A stretch of DNA of 64,000 nucleotides from positions 55,259 through 119,258 of the forward strand of contig CALXMR010000002.1 of assembly GCA_944389525.1 (NCBI GenBank), written 5' to 3'. Below are positions 28,753-38,132 of the stretch, in pieces. The notes beneath the pieces are model-generated. The model ran no database searches and had not been told where the DNA came from. It was given only the letters and a program-made list of their open reading frames with translations. Each line of letters begins with the position of its first letter. Position 1 is the stretch's first letter. Origin of the DNA: an uncultured Alphaproteobacteria bacterium (GTDB lineage: Bacteria > Pseudomonadota > Alphaproteobacteria > Rs-D84). The position numbers and the translations under genes were made by a program.

Positions 28753-30339
28753 CTATGCGACTGCGCGCGTAAAACTGCCAGAATCCAGCAGTTCTTTGAC
28801 CGCGAAATGCTTTACCTTTTTCGCAGATGTTTGCGGCAGTTCATCTTCGGTAATTGCAAAGTGCCGCACCCATTTATATGGCGCAATCTTTAAATTAGAT
28901 GCCTTGACCATGGTGGCGACACGCGATATCGGGGTGCCTGGCGTGACCTGGAATACGGCGAACGGGACAGTTTTACCCTTGATCACATATTCGAACACTG
29001 CCGCCGCCAATATGTCCTTGTTTTGCAGGTACAGGTCTTCCAATTCATCAGGATATACATTTTTCCCGCTGTCCAGAACGATTACCTGTTTTTTACGCCC
29101 CTTGACAACCAGACGGCCACGGCGATCCAGTTTGCCCAAATCACCAGTTTTAAACCAGCCATCTTCGAATGCGGCATTATTGGCGTCCTTGTTGCCGATA
29201 TATCCCGGCATAACCAATTTTCCGCGCACCCATATTTCACCAATACCATGCTTGTCAGGGTTATGAATTTCTATTTCATTACCCGGCAGCGGGCCTGCAT
29301 AGTGCATCGACCCGTCTGGCATGCGGAACGCAAAGTTAAAGTTCGCCGGTCCGGTTGTTTCTGTCAAACCATAGCAATCGCCAACGGCAAACCCCATTCG
29401 TTCAAAGAATTTGCGAATTGTGGGCTTTAATGTTGCGCCGGCTGAAACCAAAACTTTTGTGTTGCCCCCAAACAGGTCATGTACCGGTTTTGTAACCCGG
29501 TTAACAATCGCGCCCAACCCAACCGCACGCAAAACATGCCGCATCGAAATGACAACACGCATCAATGTATAAACATGCTTTTCTTTGGCGGTTTCGATAA
29601 TCTTTTTGTAAAAAGTTTCCCAGATACGCGGAACCGCGGGAATAACCTCTGGCCGGTATTTTTTAAAGTCTTGCATGAATTCGCGGGGGTTCAAGACCGG
29701 CTGTAACAACAGTTTGCCACGCAACACCAGCGGTGCAATGATATTTATCACCACGCCATATATGTGATACAGTGGTAAAAATCCGTAAAATGTGTAGCCA
29801 GGATGAATTACCGGCTGGTAAAATAATGCCCCATCCCCCAGTGAAATGATATTATCATGCGTCAGACCAACAACCTTTGGATTGCCGGTTGAACCCGATG
29901 TAAATGACAACATCGCGATATCGTCACGCGTGGCATCTGCGGCCGAAAATTCGCGTGCATCTGTATCGTCAACAGATTCGATATCATACATCTTTGGTCC
30001 CCCAGAAATAAAATAATTCCGCTGGGCCAATGCCAGTTTACATTTGGTTCGCCGCATCATGTTCAAATGTTCGGACTTTGCCAACCCGGTATCCAGCATC
30101 AACACACGTGCACCCTGGGACACGATGGCGAAATATGAACGAATAAAATCAGGGGTATTACCCGATAAAATCGCAACCGTGTCACCACGCCGAATTCCAA
30201 ACTTTTTCGCCAGCAATACGGCGCGTTGTTTGACGCGGCGCAGCAAATCTGCGTATGTTTCGTTTTGACGCACAAAAAATATGCGGTCTTTGTTTTGGCT
30301 GCAAACCTGGTGCAGCATGTCGTATATGTTTTTTACCAT
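28753..30339 (-). CDS. AMP-forming acyl-CoA synthetase (long-chain fatty-acid-CoA ligase-like)
   Basis: AMP-binding motif SFTSGSTGNPKVV, then YGLTET and GWFKTGDLG. The start was taken at MVKNIYDML. Confidence 0.8.
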   Translation of the reverse strand: MVKNIYDMLHQVCSQNKDRIFFVRQNETYADLLRRVKQRAVLLAKKFGIRRGDTVAILSGNTPDFIRSYFAIVSQGARVLMLDTGLAKSEHLNMMRRTKCKLALAQRNYFISGGPKMYDIESVDDTDAREFSAADATRDDIAMLSFTSGSTGNPKVVGLTHDNIISLGDGALFYQPVIHPGYTFYGFLPLYHIYGVVINIIAPLVLRGKLLLQPVLNPREFMQDFKKYRPEVIPAVPRIWETFYKKIIETAKEKHVYTLMRVVISMRHVLRAVGLGAIVNRVTKPVHDLFGGNTKVLVSAGATLKPTIRKFFERMGFAVGDCYGLTETTGPANFNFAFRMPDGSMHYAGPLPGNEIEIHNPDKHGIGEIWVRGKLVMPGYIGNKDANNAAFEDGWFKTGDLGKLDRRGRLVVKGRKKQVIVLDSGKNVYPDELEDLYLQNKDILAAAVFEYVIKGKTVPFAVFQVTPGTPISRVATMVKASNLKIAPYKWVRHFAITEDELPQTSAKKVKHFAVKELLDSGSFTRAVA

Positions 30340-30707
30340 ATTATTCCACTTTTTATATTTTGTTATATGCATGCGTAATGTTATGCACATGTATACTATA
30401 AACATTTTGTGGGCGGAATAACAACCTATTTTATGCGTTCAAAAAATTACCCTGTTCGTTTCTGTACAGATGCATTTTGTCAATATATAGACGCCGATTC
30501 GTAATTTTTTATCTATATTTTGTATTTTTGCATAAAAAACGAATCAGGTTTTCATCCAAAAAAACAAAATATTTCATACAAAATATCGTTTGGTGTATAA
30601 AATATATGAATCGCATCCCCCCCAACCCCGCAGAAAATCCCATTTTTAAAAAGTAAAGCGAAAAATGAAAAAAATTTTATTTTTTATCTGTTGCCGCAAC
30701 ACAGTAT

Positions 30708-30756
30708 ATACTATATATTGTTATCAAATTTAAAAAACAACCACTAGATATTGATA
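30708..30756 (+). promoter_or_regulatory. Two tandem NrdR-box candidates upstream of nrdD
   Basis: ATACTATATATTGTTA (30708-30723) and CCACTAGATATTGATA (30741-30756) were compared with the published palindrome acaCwAtATaTwGtgt. The starts are 33 bp apart. Confidence 0.55.
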
Positions 30757-30769
30757 TTGGGGTATAAAA

Positions 30770-32827
30770 ATGTCTGTATCAGAAAACGATAATAAAATTC
30801 AGATTATTCCGACACTTACCACGCGTTTGAATGTTGTGCAAAAGCGGTCGGGGGAAACCGTACCGTTTGATGCGAAAAAGATTTTTGACGCAATTAAAAA
30901 GGCCGTGGCCGTAACACACGAAATCACGGATATGCAGGTTGCAAATATTACCCAGGCCGCACTGAACAAACTGGATGTCGCGTTTGTCGCAAAAACACCA
31001 ACTGTCGAAGATGTGCAAGAGGCGGTTATCGAAGCCTTGATGGATGCGCGTGCGTATAAAACTGCACAAAGTTATATTATATATCGTCAAAAACGGACAG
31101 AGATTCGCGATTCTTATGTTGATGCGGTCGAAGTGATTGATGGCTATGTCGGTGGATCGAATTGGCGAATCAAAGAAAATGCGAATGTTGGATATTCGAT
31201 TGGCGGGCTGATTTTGCGCACATCTGAACGGGTGACGGCGGAATACTGGCTGAATCTGTACCCACGCGAAGTAGCCGAAGCGCACAAGAATGCATCAATT
31301 CATATTCATGACCTGGGGTGGTTAACTGGATATTGCGCCGGTTGGTCATTGCGCGAGTTATTGTACGAAGGGTTCAATGGCGTCCCTGGGTACCTGCAAT
31401 GCGAGCCGGCGCGGCATATGGCAACGGCGATTTCGCATATGGTGAACTTCTTGGGCACATTACAGAATGAATTTGCCGGCGCCCAGGCGTTTTCTTCGGT
31501 GGATACATATCTGGCGCCGTATGTTCGCGTGGATAATCTGTCGTATGCCGATGTTAAAAATGCCATGCAAACATTAATCTTTAACTGTGCGGTGCCATGT
31601 CGTTGGGGAACCCAGACACCATTTATTAACTTCACATTCGATTGGACATGCCCCGAAGATTTAAAGAATCAACATCCGTTCATCGGCAAGCAGCAAATGG
31701 ATTTCACTTATGGCGACCTGCAACCGGAAATGGATATTATAAATCGTGCATTTTTGGAAGTAATGACCGAAGGCGATGCCATGGGGCGGCCGTTTACTTT
31801 CCCAATTCCGACATATAATATCACCAAGGATTTCCCATGGTCGCACCCGAATGTTAAACCATTATTTGACCTGGCGGCCAAGTATGGAATTCCAAACTTT
31901 CAGAATTTCTTGAATTCTGATTTAAATCCGACCGATGTGCGGTCTATGTGCTGTCGGTTGCGGTTGGATGTGCGCGAATTGTTAAAGCGCGGTGGCGGCC
32001 TGTTCGGTTCGGCAGAAAAGACCGGGTCAATCGGTGTCGTTACAATTAATTTGGCACGGTTGGGCTATACGCACAAGGGCGACCGCGAAGGATTGTTCCG
32101 TGAATTAAAGCGTCTGTTGGATTTGGCGCGTGATTCACTGGAAATCAAGCGCCGCATTATATCAAAAAATATGGAACGCGGTCTGTATCCGTTTACACGC
32201 CGGTATCTGGGCAATTGGGATCATCACTTTTCGACAATTGGGGTAAATGGTGCCAACGAAATGGTTCGCAACTTTACCAACGACAAGGAAAATATTGCGA
32301 CCCCAATGGGCAAAAAATTGGTGCTGGATCTGATGGACTTTATTCGTGAAAACCTGGTCCAGTTCCAGGAACAAACCGGCAACCTGTATAATTTAGAGGC
32401 GACCCCAGCCGAGGGATGTTCATACCGATTTGCCAAGACAGATGTCAAGAATTTCCCAGACATTATCACGGCGGGGACCAAAGATGCACCGTACTATACA
32501 AATTCAACGCAATTGCCGGTGAATTATACAGATGATCCGTTTGTCGCGCTGGAACACCAAGAAGAATTACAGCGTAAATATACAGGCGGAACAATGTTGC
32601 ACCTGTATATGGGCGAACCTGTGTCCAGCGGTGCGGCCGCAGAAAAAATCGTTCGTACGATTTTCGAAAACTACAAGATTCCGTATATGACGCTGACGCC
32701 GACATTTTCAATTTGCCCAAAGCATGGATATTTGCCGGGTCGGTATGAATTCTGTCCAAAGTGTGATGCGGAAATCGCCGCAAATCAGAACGCGGTTATG
32801 GACGCGGCAGAAAAAGTTTTGAAATAA
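30770..32827 (+). CDS. nrdD: Anaerobic (class III) ribonucleoside-triphosphate reductase, large piece lacking the glycyl-radical loop
   Basis: 685 aa with an N-terminal ATP-cone (VQKRSGETVPFDAKKIFDAIKKA) and a long NrdD barrel. The Zn-ribbon CPKHG...CPKCD lies near the C-terminus. The ORF stops 19 aa later without an RxxG[YF] motif. Confidence 0.85.
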   Translation: MSVSENDNKIQIIPTLTTRLNVVQKRSGETVPFDAKKIFDAIKKAVAVTHEITDMQVANITQAALNKLDVAFVAKTPTVEDVQEAVIEALMDARAYKTAQSYIIYRQKRTEIRDSYVDAVEVIDGYVGGSNWRIKENANVGYSIGGLILRTSERVTAEYWLNLYPREVAEAHKNASIHIHDLGWLTGYCAGWSLRELLYEGFNGVPGYLQCEPARHMATAISHMVNFLGTLQNEFAGAQAFSSVDTYLAPYVRVDNLSYADVKNAMQTLIFNCAVPCRWGTQTPFINFTFDWTCPEDLKNQHPFIGKQQMDFTYGDLQPEMDIINRAFLEVMTEGDAMGRPFTFPIPTYNITKDFPWSHPNVKPLFDLAAKYGIPNFQNFLNSDLNPTDVRSMCCRLRLDVRELLKRGGGLFGSAEKTGSIGVVTINLARLGYTHKGDREGLFRELKRLLDLARDSLEIKRRIISKNMERGLYPFTRRYLGNWDHHFSTIGVNGANEMVRNFTNDKENIATPMGKKLVLDLMDFIRENLVQFQEQTGNLYNLEATPAEGCSYRFAKTDVKNFPDIITAGTKDAPYYTNSTQLPVNYTDDPFVALEHQEELQRKYTGGTMLHLYMGEPVSSGAAAEKIVRTIFENYKIPYMTLTPTFSICPKHGYLPGRYEFCPKCDAEIAANQNAVMDAAEKVLK

Positions 32828-32867
32828 ACAACAAAACCAAAAAAACAAGAAAGGGAGGAAAAACATT

Positions 32868-33053
32868 ATGTCAGAAGTAATCACGCAAAGAACACCATGT
32901 GAAATATTCTCGCGCTCTATGGGGTTTATCAGACCTGTTTCCAATTTTAACATTGGAAAATATTCTGAATTTTGCGAAAGAAAAACATTTACTGAGGCAA
33001 ACAGTCTGACCACTGGCCAGCGTCACAGTGAATTGATGAAGAAAGCGGCATAA
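32868..33053 (+). CDS. Separately encoded NrdD glycyl-radical tail (61 aa)
   Basis: GGGAGG lies 9 nt upstream of the ATG. CEIFSRSMGFIRPVSNFNIGKYSEFCERK matches the NrdD C-terminal radical motif (..YSR..GY.RPV..WN.GK..EF..R). Confidence 0.65.
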   Translation: MSEVITQRTPCEIFSRSMGFIRPVSNFNIGKYSEFCERKTFTEANSLTTGQRHSELMKKAA

Positions 33054-33057
33054 GGTT

Positions 33058-33759
33058 ATGAGAGAGATTCAGATTGGTGGATTGGTACCATTCACAACAA
33101 TTGATTACCCCGGGAAATTGGCGGCTGTGCTGTTTTTGGTGGGGTGTCCGTTGCGGTGTGCGTATTGTTCTAATCCACATCTGATATCCCCGCACGATGG
33201 CGAATACGATCCGGACAAGGTTTTGGAATGGCTGGGCAGTCGCGTTGGAAAACTGGAAGCGGTCGTATTTTCCGGGGGCGAAGCGTTAATGCAAGGCGAT
33301 GCAGTAATTGATTATATGCGACGTGTGCGCGAATTGGGCTTTGCCATCGGGCTGCATACAAATGGGTTTTATCCCGACACATTGGCACGCGCCGCCGATG
33401 TTGTCGATTGGATTGGTCTGGATTACAAGGCACGGCGCGATAAATACGGCGAACTGGTCGGGCAAAACATTGCACATGATCATATGATTCGCAGTTTGGA
33501 CATCTGGCAATCAACCGGCAAAGACTTTGAAGTGCGCATCACATGCGATCCGCGATTTGTTACCAAAATGGACCTGATGGAAATCGCAAACGATTTACAT
33601 GCGCGCGGTGTGAAAAAATTTGCCGTTCAAAAATACATCCCGCATTTCGAAGATTCTGAACACAATACAACACCCGCTATGCGCAGCCAGTTCTTTACAG
33701 ATGATAACCTGCGCGGGTGCATAAACGCCCTGTTTGATTCTGTTACATGGCGCGAATAA
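33058..33759 (+). CDS. nrdG: Anaerobic ribonucleotide reductase activating protein (radical SAM)
   Basis: GCPLRCAYCSNPHL (CxxxCxxC) in a 233-aa protein immediately downstream of the nrdD pieces. Confidence 0.85.
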   Translation: MREIQIGGLVPFTTIDYPGKLAAVLFLVGCPLRCAYCSNPHLISPHDGEYDPDKVLEWLGSRVGKLEAVVFSGGEALMQGDAVIDYMRRVRELGFAIGLHTNGFYPDTLARAADVVDWIGLDYKARRDKYGELVGQNIAHDHMIRSLDIWQSTGKDFEVRITCDPRFVTKMDLMEIANDLHARGVKKFAVQKYIPHFEDSEHNTTPAMRSQFFTDDNLRGCINALFDSVTWRE

Positions 33760-33795
33760 ATTGATTTTTTCGTTTTTATTGCATAATATCCAAAT

Positions 33796-34290
33796 ATGGA
33801 ACTGAATCAGTTTTTTATTGATGAATACGATTCGCCAATTGGGAAAATTACCATGGCGGCGTGCGATGAAATGCTGTGCGGTCTGTGGTTTGTGGGACAA
33901 AAATATTATATAGCTGGCGTGCCAGAAAATTGCGTTGCAAATGCAAATGTGCCAATACTGAAACATGCAAAACAATGGCTGGACAAATATTTCGCCGGCA
34001 TGCAACCACGCGCCACAGAATTAACCATATCGCCACACGGTACAGAATTCCAGCGGCGGGTATGGCGCGCACTGGTTGATATCCCGTATGGTGCAACCAC
34101 GACATATGGCGATATTGCGCGGCGCATCGGCGCAAAATCACCGCGCGCCGTTGGCGCGGCAATTGGCCATAATCCGATATCTGTTATTATTCCATGTCAT
34201 CGCGTAATTGGGGCAAATGGGAACATGACCGGGTATGCCGGGGGACTGGGGATAAAACGATATCTGTTAACACACGAAGGCGCAATATGA
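33796..34290 (+). CDS. ogt: Methylated-DNA-protein-cysteine methyltransferase
   Basis: IIPCHRVIGANG active-site motif and TTYGDIARRIG helix. Confidence 0.85.
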   Translation: MELNQFFIDEYDSPIGKITMAACDEMLCGLWFVGQKYYIAGVPENCVANANVPILKHAKQWLDKYFAGMQPRATELTISPHGTEFQRRVWRALVDIPYGATTTYGDIARRIGAKSPRAVGAAIGHNPISVIIPCHRVIGANGNMTGYAGGLGIKRYLLTHEGAI

Positions 34291-34862
34291 CAAAATCACC
34301 CACATGGTCTGATGGCAAATGTCGATGCCACTGGGCGAACCCGAAAAATGAACGATATATAAAATATCATGATACTGTGTGGGGTATGGGTGTGCATGAT
34401 GATGCGGTGTTGTTTGAAATGTTAATATTGGAAACATTCCAGGCGGGTCTGTCGTGGGAATGTATATTGAACAAGACAGACGCATTTCGCCGCGCATTTG
34501 ATAATTTTGATATAAATGCGGTCTGTGATTATGATGCAGAAAAAATATCTGAATTATCCAACAATGCCGGTATAATACGCAATGGTCGCAAGATTGCCGC
34601 CGCCATAACTAATGCGCGCGTGTTTCGTGAAATTCAGCGCGAATACGGCACATTTGATAAATACATATGGCATTGGACGGGCGGGCGCGTGGTATACGAA
34701 TACGGCATTACGCGGTCAGAATTATCGGATAAAATATCCGATGACCTGCGGCGGCGCGGTATGCGATTTGTCGGCACAACAACAATTTATGCATATTTAC
34801 AGGCAGTCGGCATAATAAATGCGCACGAACCGGGATGTGTTTTGTATTCGTGCCAAAAATAG
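34287..34862 (+). CDS. tag: DNA-3-methyladenine glycosylase I
   Basis: ATGA overlap with ogt. CRCHWANPKNERYIKYHDTVWG...FEMLILETFQAGLSW is the Tag signature. Confidence 0.85.
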   Translation: MTKSPTWSDGKCRCHWANPKNERYIKYHDTVWGMGVHDDAVLFEMLILETFQAGLSWECILNKTDAFRRAFDNFDINAVCDYDAEKISELSNNAGIIRNGRKIAAAITNARVFREIQREYGTFDKYIWHWTGGRVVYEYGITRSELSDKISDDLRRRGMRFVGTTTIYAYLQAVGIINAHEPGCVLYSCQK

Positions 34863-34973
34863 TATATGGCATCCATCTATCCTTTATATATGCTCTCTGC
34901 ATACACTCTGGCGGAGACTTGATTTTTTGAATGGAATTCACTATATACCTGTGCATACAGCATAGGGCTAGTT

Positions 34974-36086
34974 ATGGCAAAAATATCAACAGTTTCTGAA
35001 ATGGAAAAATTTTTGTTATCAAAATCATCGACCGATGATTTTGTATTCGGTGCGGACAAGCACGGTGTGCCTGATAAAATTTTATCGGCCGATGATATTC
35101 GGCGCGATGTGGCGATATTTGCGCGATTATTAATTCGTGTGTATGTTGGGTGGCCCGTGCATGATGAAATTATAAAAAGACGCATTTTGAAACACCTGAT
35201 TAATATTTATAATGATGCACGCGAAATGCCGGCTGATGAATTTTTCAAATTATTAAAACCCGTTGTGGCCGATATCCCCGATAATCATATATCCATCAGG
35301 TTTGGCACCACCCGTTTCGGAACAAAATATAAAAATCCGTATAAAAATGTAGGAAAAAATATCGCGGGTGATAAATCTGTATACGGCGAAATGCGCGATG
35401 GTGGTGTTGCGGCGATTGGATTTTCAACAATGATAAAATCAGACGAATCCAAAAATGCCATTATTGATTTTTCAAAAAATATATTGCAGGAATCAAACGC
35501 GTTGGTTATCGATTTACGTGGTAATACCGGTGGCAACAGTTGGTATTCAGATTTATTTGCGGAACACCTGTGTGGTGCATGGATTGACAGTTTCAAAACT
35601 GTATATGTCCGTACAAATTGTGATGCTCAAAAATTTTTGTCGGCTGTATATCCAACGGCGCCGTGGGCAAAACTACCTGAATCCGAAGAGTTAGTTGTAT
35701 GGAAAACGGGAAAAAACTATACGCCTGATACAAACAAAGCATACATGAAACCAATTTATGTTTTAACTGACCGTCAAACTGCGTCATCGGCAGAAATGTT
35801 TTTGTTGCGAATGATGCATCACCCGCGTGTGACGGTGGTTGGTGATAATTCGTCTGGGACCGAAGTATTCGGCAATGTCGGCCGCAGCATGTTGCCAAAC
35901 AGCCAAATCAAAGTATCTATCGGTATGAACTATCGTGTTTTGTCCCAGGAAAATTTTGAACTAAATGGCATCACGCCGAACATAAAATGTCCCGAAAATA
36001 CAGATGCGCTGGACGTGGCACTGCGGGAAATCGCAAATCAGCAAATTTTATCGCAATTGATGAATTCGAAAGATAAAGCGCGGTAA
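34974..36086 (+). CDS. S41-family peptidase-like protein
   Basis: LVIDLRGNTGGNS and VLTDRQTASSAEMF motifs. No obvious signal peptide or PDZ domain was seen. Confidence 0.55.
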   Translation: MAKISTVSEMEKFLLSKSSTDDFVFGADKHGVPDKILSADDIRRDVAIFARLLIRVYVGWPVHDEIIKRRILKHLINIYNDAREMPADEFFKLLKPVVADIPDNHISIRFGTTRFGTKYKNPYKNVGKNIAGDKSVYGEMRDGGVAAIGFSTMIKSDESKNAIIDFSKNILQESNALVIDLRGNTGGNSWYSDLFAEHLCGAWIDSFKTVYVRTNCDAQKFLSAVYPTAPWAKLPESEELVVWKTGKNYTPDTNKAYMKPIYVLTDRQTASSAEMFLLRMMHHPRVTVVGDNSSGTEVFGNVGRSMLPNSQIKVSIGMNYRVLSQENFELNGITPNIKCPENTDALDVALREIANQQILSQLMNSKDKAR

Positions 36087-36090
36087 TAAA

Positions 36091-36112
36091 AAATCCCCAT
36101 GTGGGGATTTTT
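36091..36112. terminator. Bidirectional terminator
   Basis: aaatcccca-tg-tggggattt followed by tttt. Confidence 0.7.
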
Positions 36113-36114
36113 TA

Positions 36115-36705
36115 TTAATTTTTGGTAATTGTTTTTGATTTATTAGCCCGCTTTGTGATGCCCGTTTTTAATTTTCCAAAGTATAATTTATCACGCAATG
36201 ATCCGTTCGGCCATTTTGTTTGTTGAAGAATAACACCTTCTAGTACGTAACCATTTTTTTCAGCAATTGTTTTAGATGCAATATTTTCGGAATCACAATG
36301 TAATGCCAGTTTATGACACCATTCTTGGGTGAAAGCCAGTTTTTCTATGCGTGGCAATAATTTATTTATTATGTTTTTCCCACGTGCAGATTTACGCAAC
36401 CAGTATCCGACATCACATACACCATTTTTTTCATCCACATTCGAGAAACCAATTTCACCCAACAATTTATCACCTTGAAAAATACCGAACATCAGCGACC
36501 GTGGTGAACGATTGCGATTATAATAACTGATTAACGCGCGTTCGGGTGATTCAAACACCCCGTTGGGCGCCCAAAAAATCATATTTTCGATATCTGCAGA
36601 AAATATTTTATAAATTTCGTTGGCATACTTGATTGTTGCTGGCACAATTTTTAATGTATACCCGCATACCTGTAATTCACGTTCTCTTAACGATTCAAAA
36701 TTCAT
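36115..36705 (-). CDS. GNAT N-acetyltransferase (RimJ/RimL-like)
   Basis: 196 aa. The length and the GEIGF...GYWLRKSARGKNI...L.L.CDSEN..S..IAEKNGY layout are typical of Acetyltransf_3. Confidence 0.65.
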   Translation of the reverse strand: MNFESLRERELQVCGYTLKIVPATIKYANEIYKIFSADIENMIFWAPNGVFESPERALISYYNRNRSPRSLMFGIFQGDKLLGEIGFSNVDEKNGVCDVGYWLRKSARGKNIINKLLPRIEKLAFTQEWCHKLALHCDSENIASKTIAEKNGYVLEGVILQQTKWPNGSLRDKLYFGKLKTGITKRANKSKTITKN

Positions 36706-36716
36706 TGTTGACCCCT

Positions 36717-37307
36717 TTATTGGTGTAAAAACTTTTCGCCGTCCCAGTTTAGTTTAACATAATCGCAATTACCGATTCTTGTATTCCCCATATCAACCAA
36801 GTCCAAAATGCCACGCATAATGCCACTGTGTGTGGAAACGGCGATTGTATCATACGGTGTGTTTCTTACGATATCCATGATTGCAGCCTGACCACGTGCC
36901 CAGCATTCAGTGCGCGATTCTCCGCCGTCTGGTCGCCAATCATTATCATTTAATTGTGCCGCCGGAAAAAATAATTCCAGTTGGTTGTAATCCATCTGGT
37001 ATTCGTCCGGGTTCTCGGTGCCGTGCACAATGTGTCCCTGTAATTTTCCGTTGTTGCGTTCCATCAGGCGCACATCGGTAGTAATCGGTACGCCCGTTTT
37101 ATCGGCCACGGCCTGCGCTGTTTCCATTGCGCGTGCCAGTGGCGAAGAATACACCGCACCAATTGCGAATTTTGCCAATTTATTCGCTAATTCAGCGGCC
37201 TGGGCACGTCCCGCATCATTTAGCGGAATATCCAGTTGCCCCATAACACGCCGTGCCACATTATAATCAGTCTGCCCATGCCGAAAAATATAGATTGTTT
37301 TTGTCAT
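36717..37307 (-). CDS. Histidine phosphatase family protein (phosphoglycerate-mutase-like)
   Basis: The start was taken at MTKTIYIFRHGQTDYN (RHG motif). A downstream H in VSTHSG is present. Confidence 0.75.
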   Translation of the reverse strand: MTKTIYIFRHGQTDYNVARRVMGQLDIPLNDAGRAQAAELANKLAKFAIGAVYSSPLARAMETAQAVADKTGVPITTDVRLMERNNGKLQGHIVHGTENPDEYQMDYNQLELFFPAAQLNDNDWRPDGGESRTECWARGQAAIMDIVRNTPYDTIAVSTHSGIMRGILDLVDMGNTRIGNCDYVKLNWDGEKFLHQ

Positions 37308-37314
37308 TATAATT

Positions 37315-38082
37315 TTACCTTTCGTGGTTTTGTTTTTGTTGCAACGCGGCATAGTCCGCCATCATTTTGGCAACCGCGCCAGGTAAATCGGCTTTTATCA
37401 CATTTGGGGTTATATACGCATTTGCGAATGAATTTTCAAACATTTGCTGTACAGGTCTATTAAATAAATCCAATCCGATAATATCCACGATGCGTTCTTT
37501 CAAATCCTGGGGGACATTGTATTTCGCGATTATTGGTTCTTCGATTAAAATATGGACAAATTCGTGCAGCATCAGCGATACAATCCCAATATCGATTTCC
37601 CGTCTGGTATTGCTGATGCGCAAGAATATTTTGGCGTCTTTACCTGCACCATAGCCGGCGCCAAAACCATATGTGCACAATATAGTTAGCGTTTCAGGCA
37701 TTGTCGCGTTCCACGCGCCCAGTAATGGCTTTATTCGTGATTCAATTGTTTGTTCAAATATCGGGATTGCTTTTTGTATGTTCCCATCTTGTTTCGTTAA
37801 ATATTTTGGGTTATGTATTTCGTTAACAAAAATGTCGTGATAATATTGGATTTGTTCGTTGGACAGTTTTGGTCGCTGAAACATTTCGTACATTTTTGGG
37901 TGCGACATCGGTATAAAACCATTTGGACTGTACTTAAATTTTTTTAACCGTGATTGGTACATATTGTACATTTGCACAATATATCGCCATGCATCTTCGG
38001 CATTCATATGTTTCAATATTATTTGCATTGTGTTCAGTTTATTTGGTCTCATACCCCATGAATTATACCATGTTCCCCGCAT
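37315..38082 (-). CDS. Hypothetical protein with HExxH motif
   Basis: 255 aa with LMLHEFVHILIEE about 75 aa from the C-terminus. AT-rich. Confidence 0.45.
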   Translation of the reverse strand: MRGTWYNSWGMRPNKLNTMQIILKHMNAEDAWRYIVQMYNMYQSRLKKFKYSPNGFIPMSHPKMYEMFQRPKLSNEQIQYYHDIFVNEIHNPKYLTKQDGNIQKAIPIFEQTIESRIKPLLGAWNATMPETLTILCTYGFGAGYGAGKDAKIFLRISNTRREIDIGIVSLMLHEFVHILIEEPIIAKYNVPQDLKERIVDIIGLDLFNRPVQQMFENSFANAYITPNVIKADLPGAVAKMMADYAALQQKQNHER

Positions 38083-38132
38083 TTTTTGTATTTTATTTTT
38101 GGAAAAGATGTAAAAGCGTTTTTGAGAAAACG

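Noticed and set aside
30665-30733. Tiny ORF (MKKILFFICCRNTVYTIYCYQI) in the nrdD leader as a possible leader peptide.
   Set aside because: It overlaps the first NrdR-box candidate and has no RBS. The sequence is so AT-rich that such short ORFs are expected by chance.
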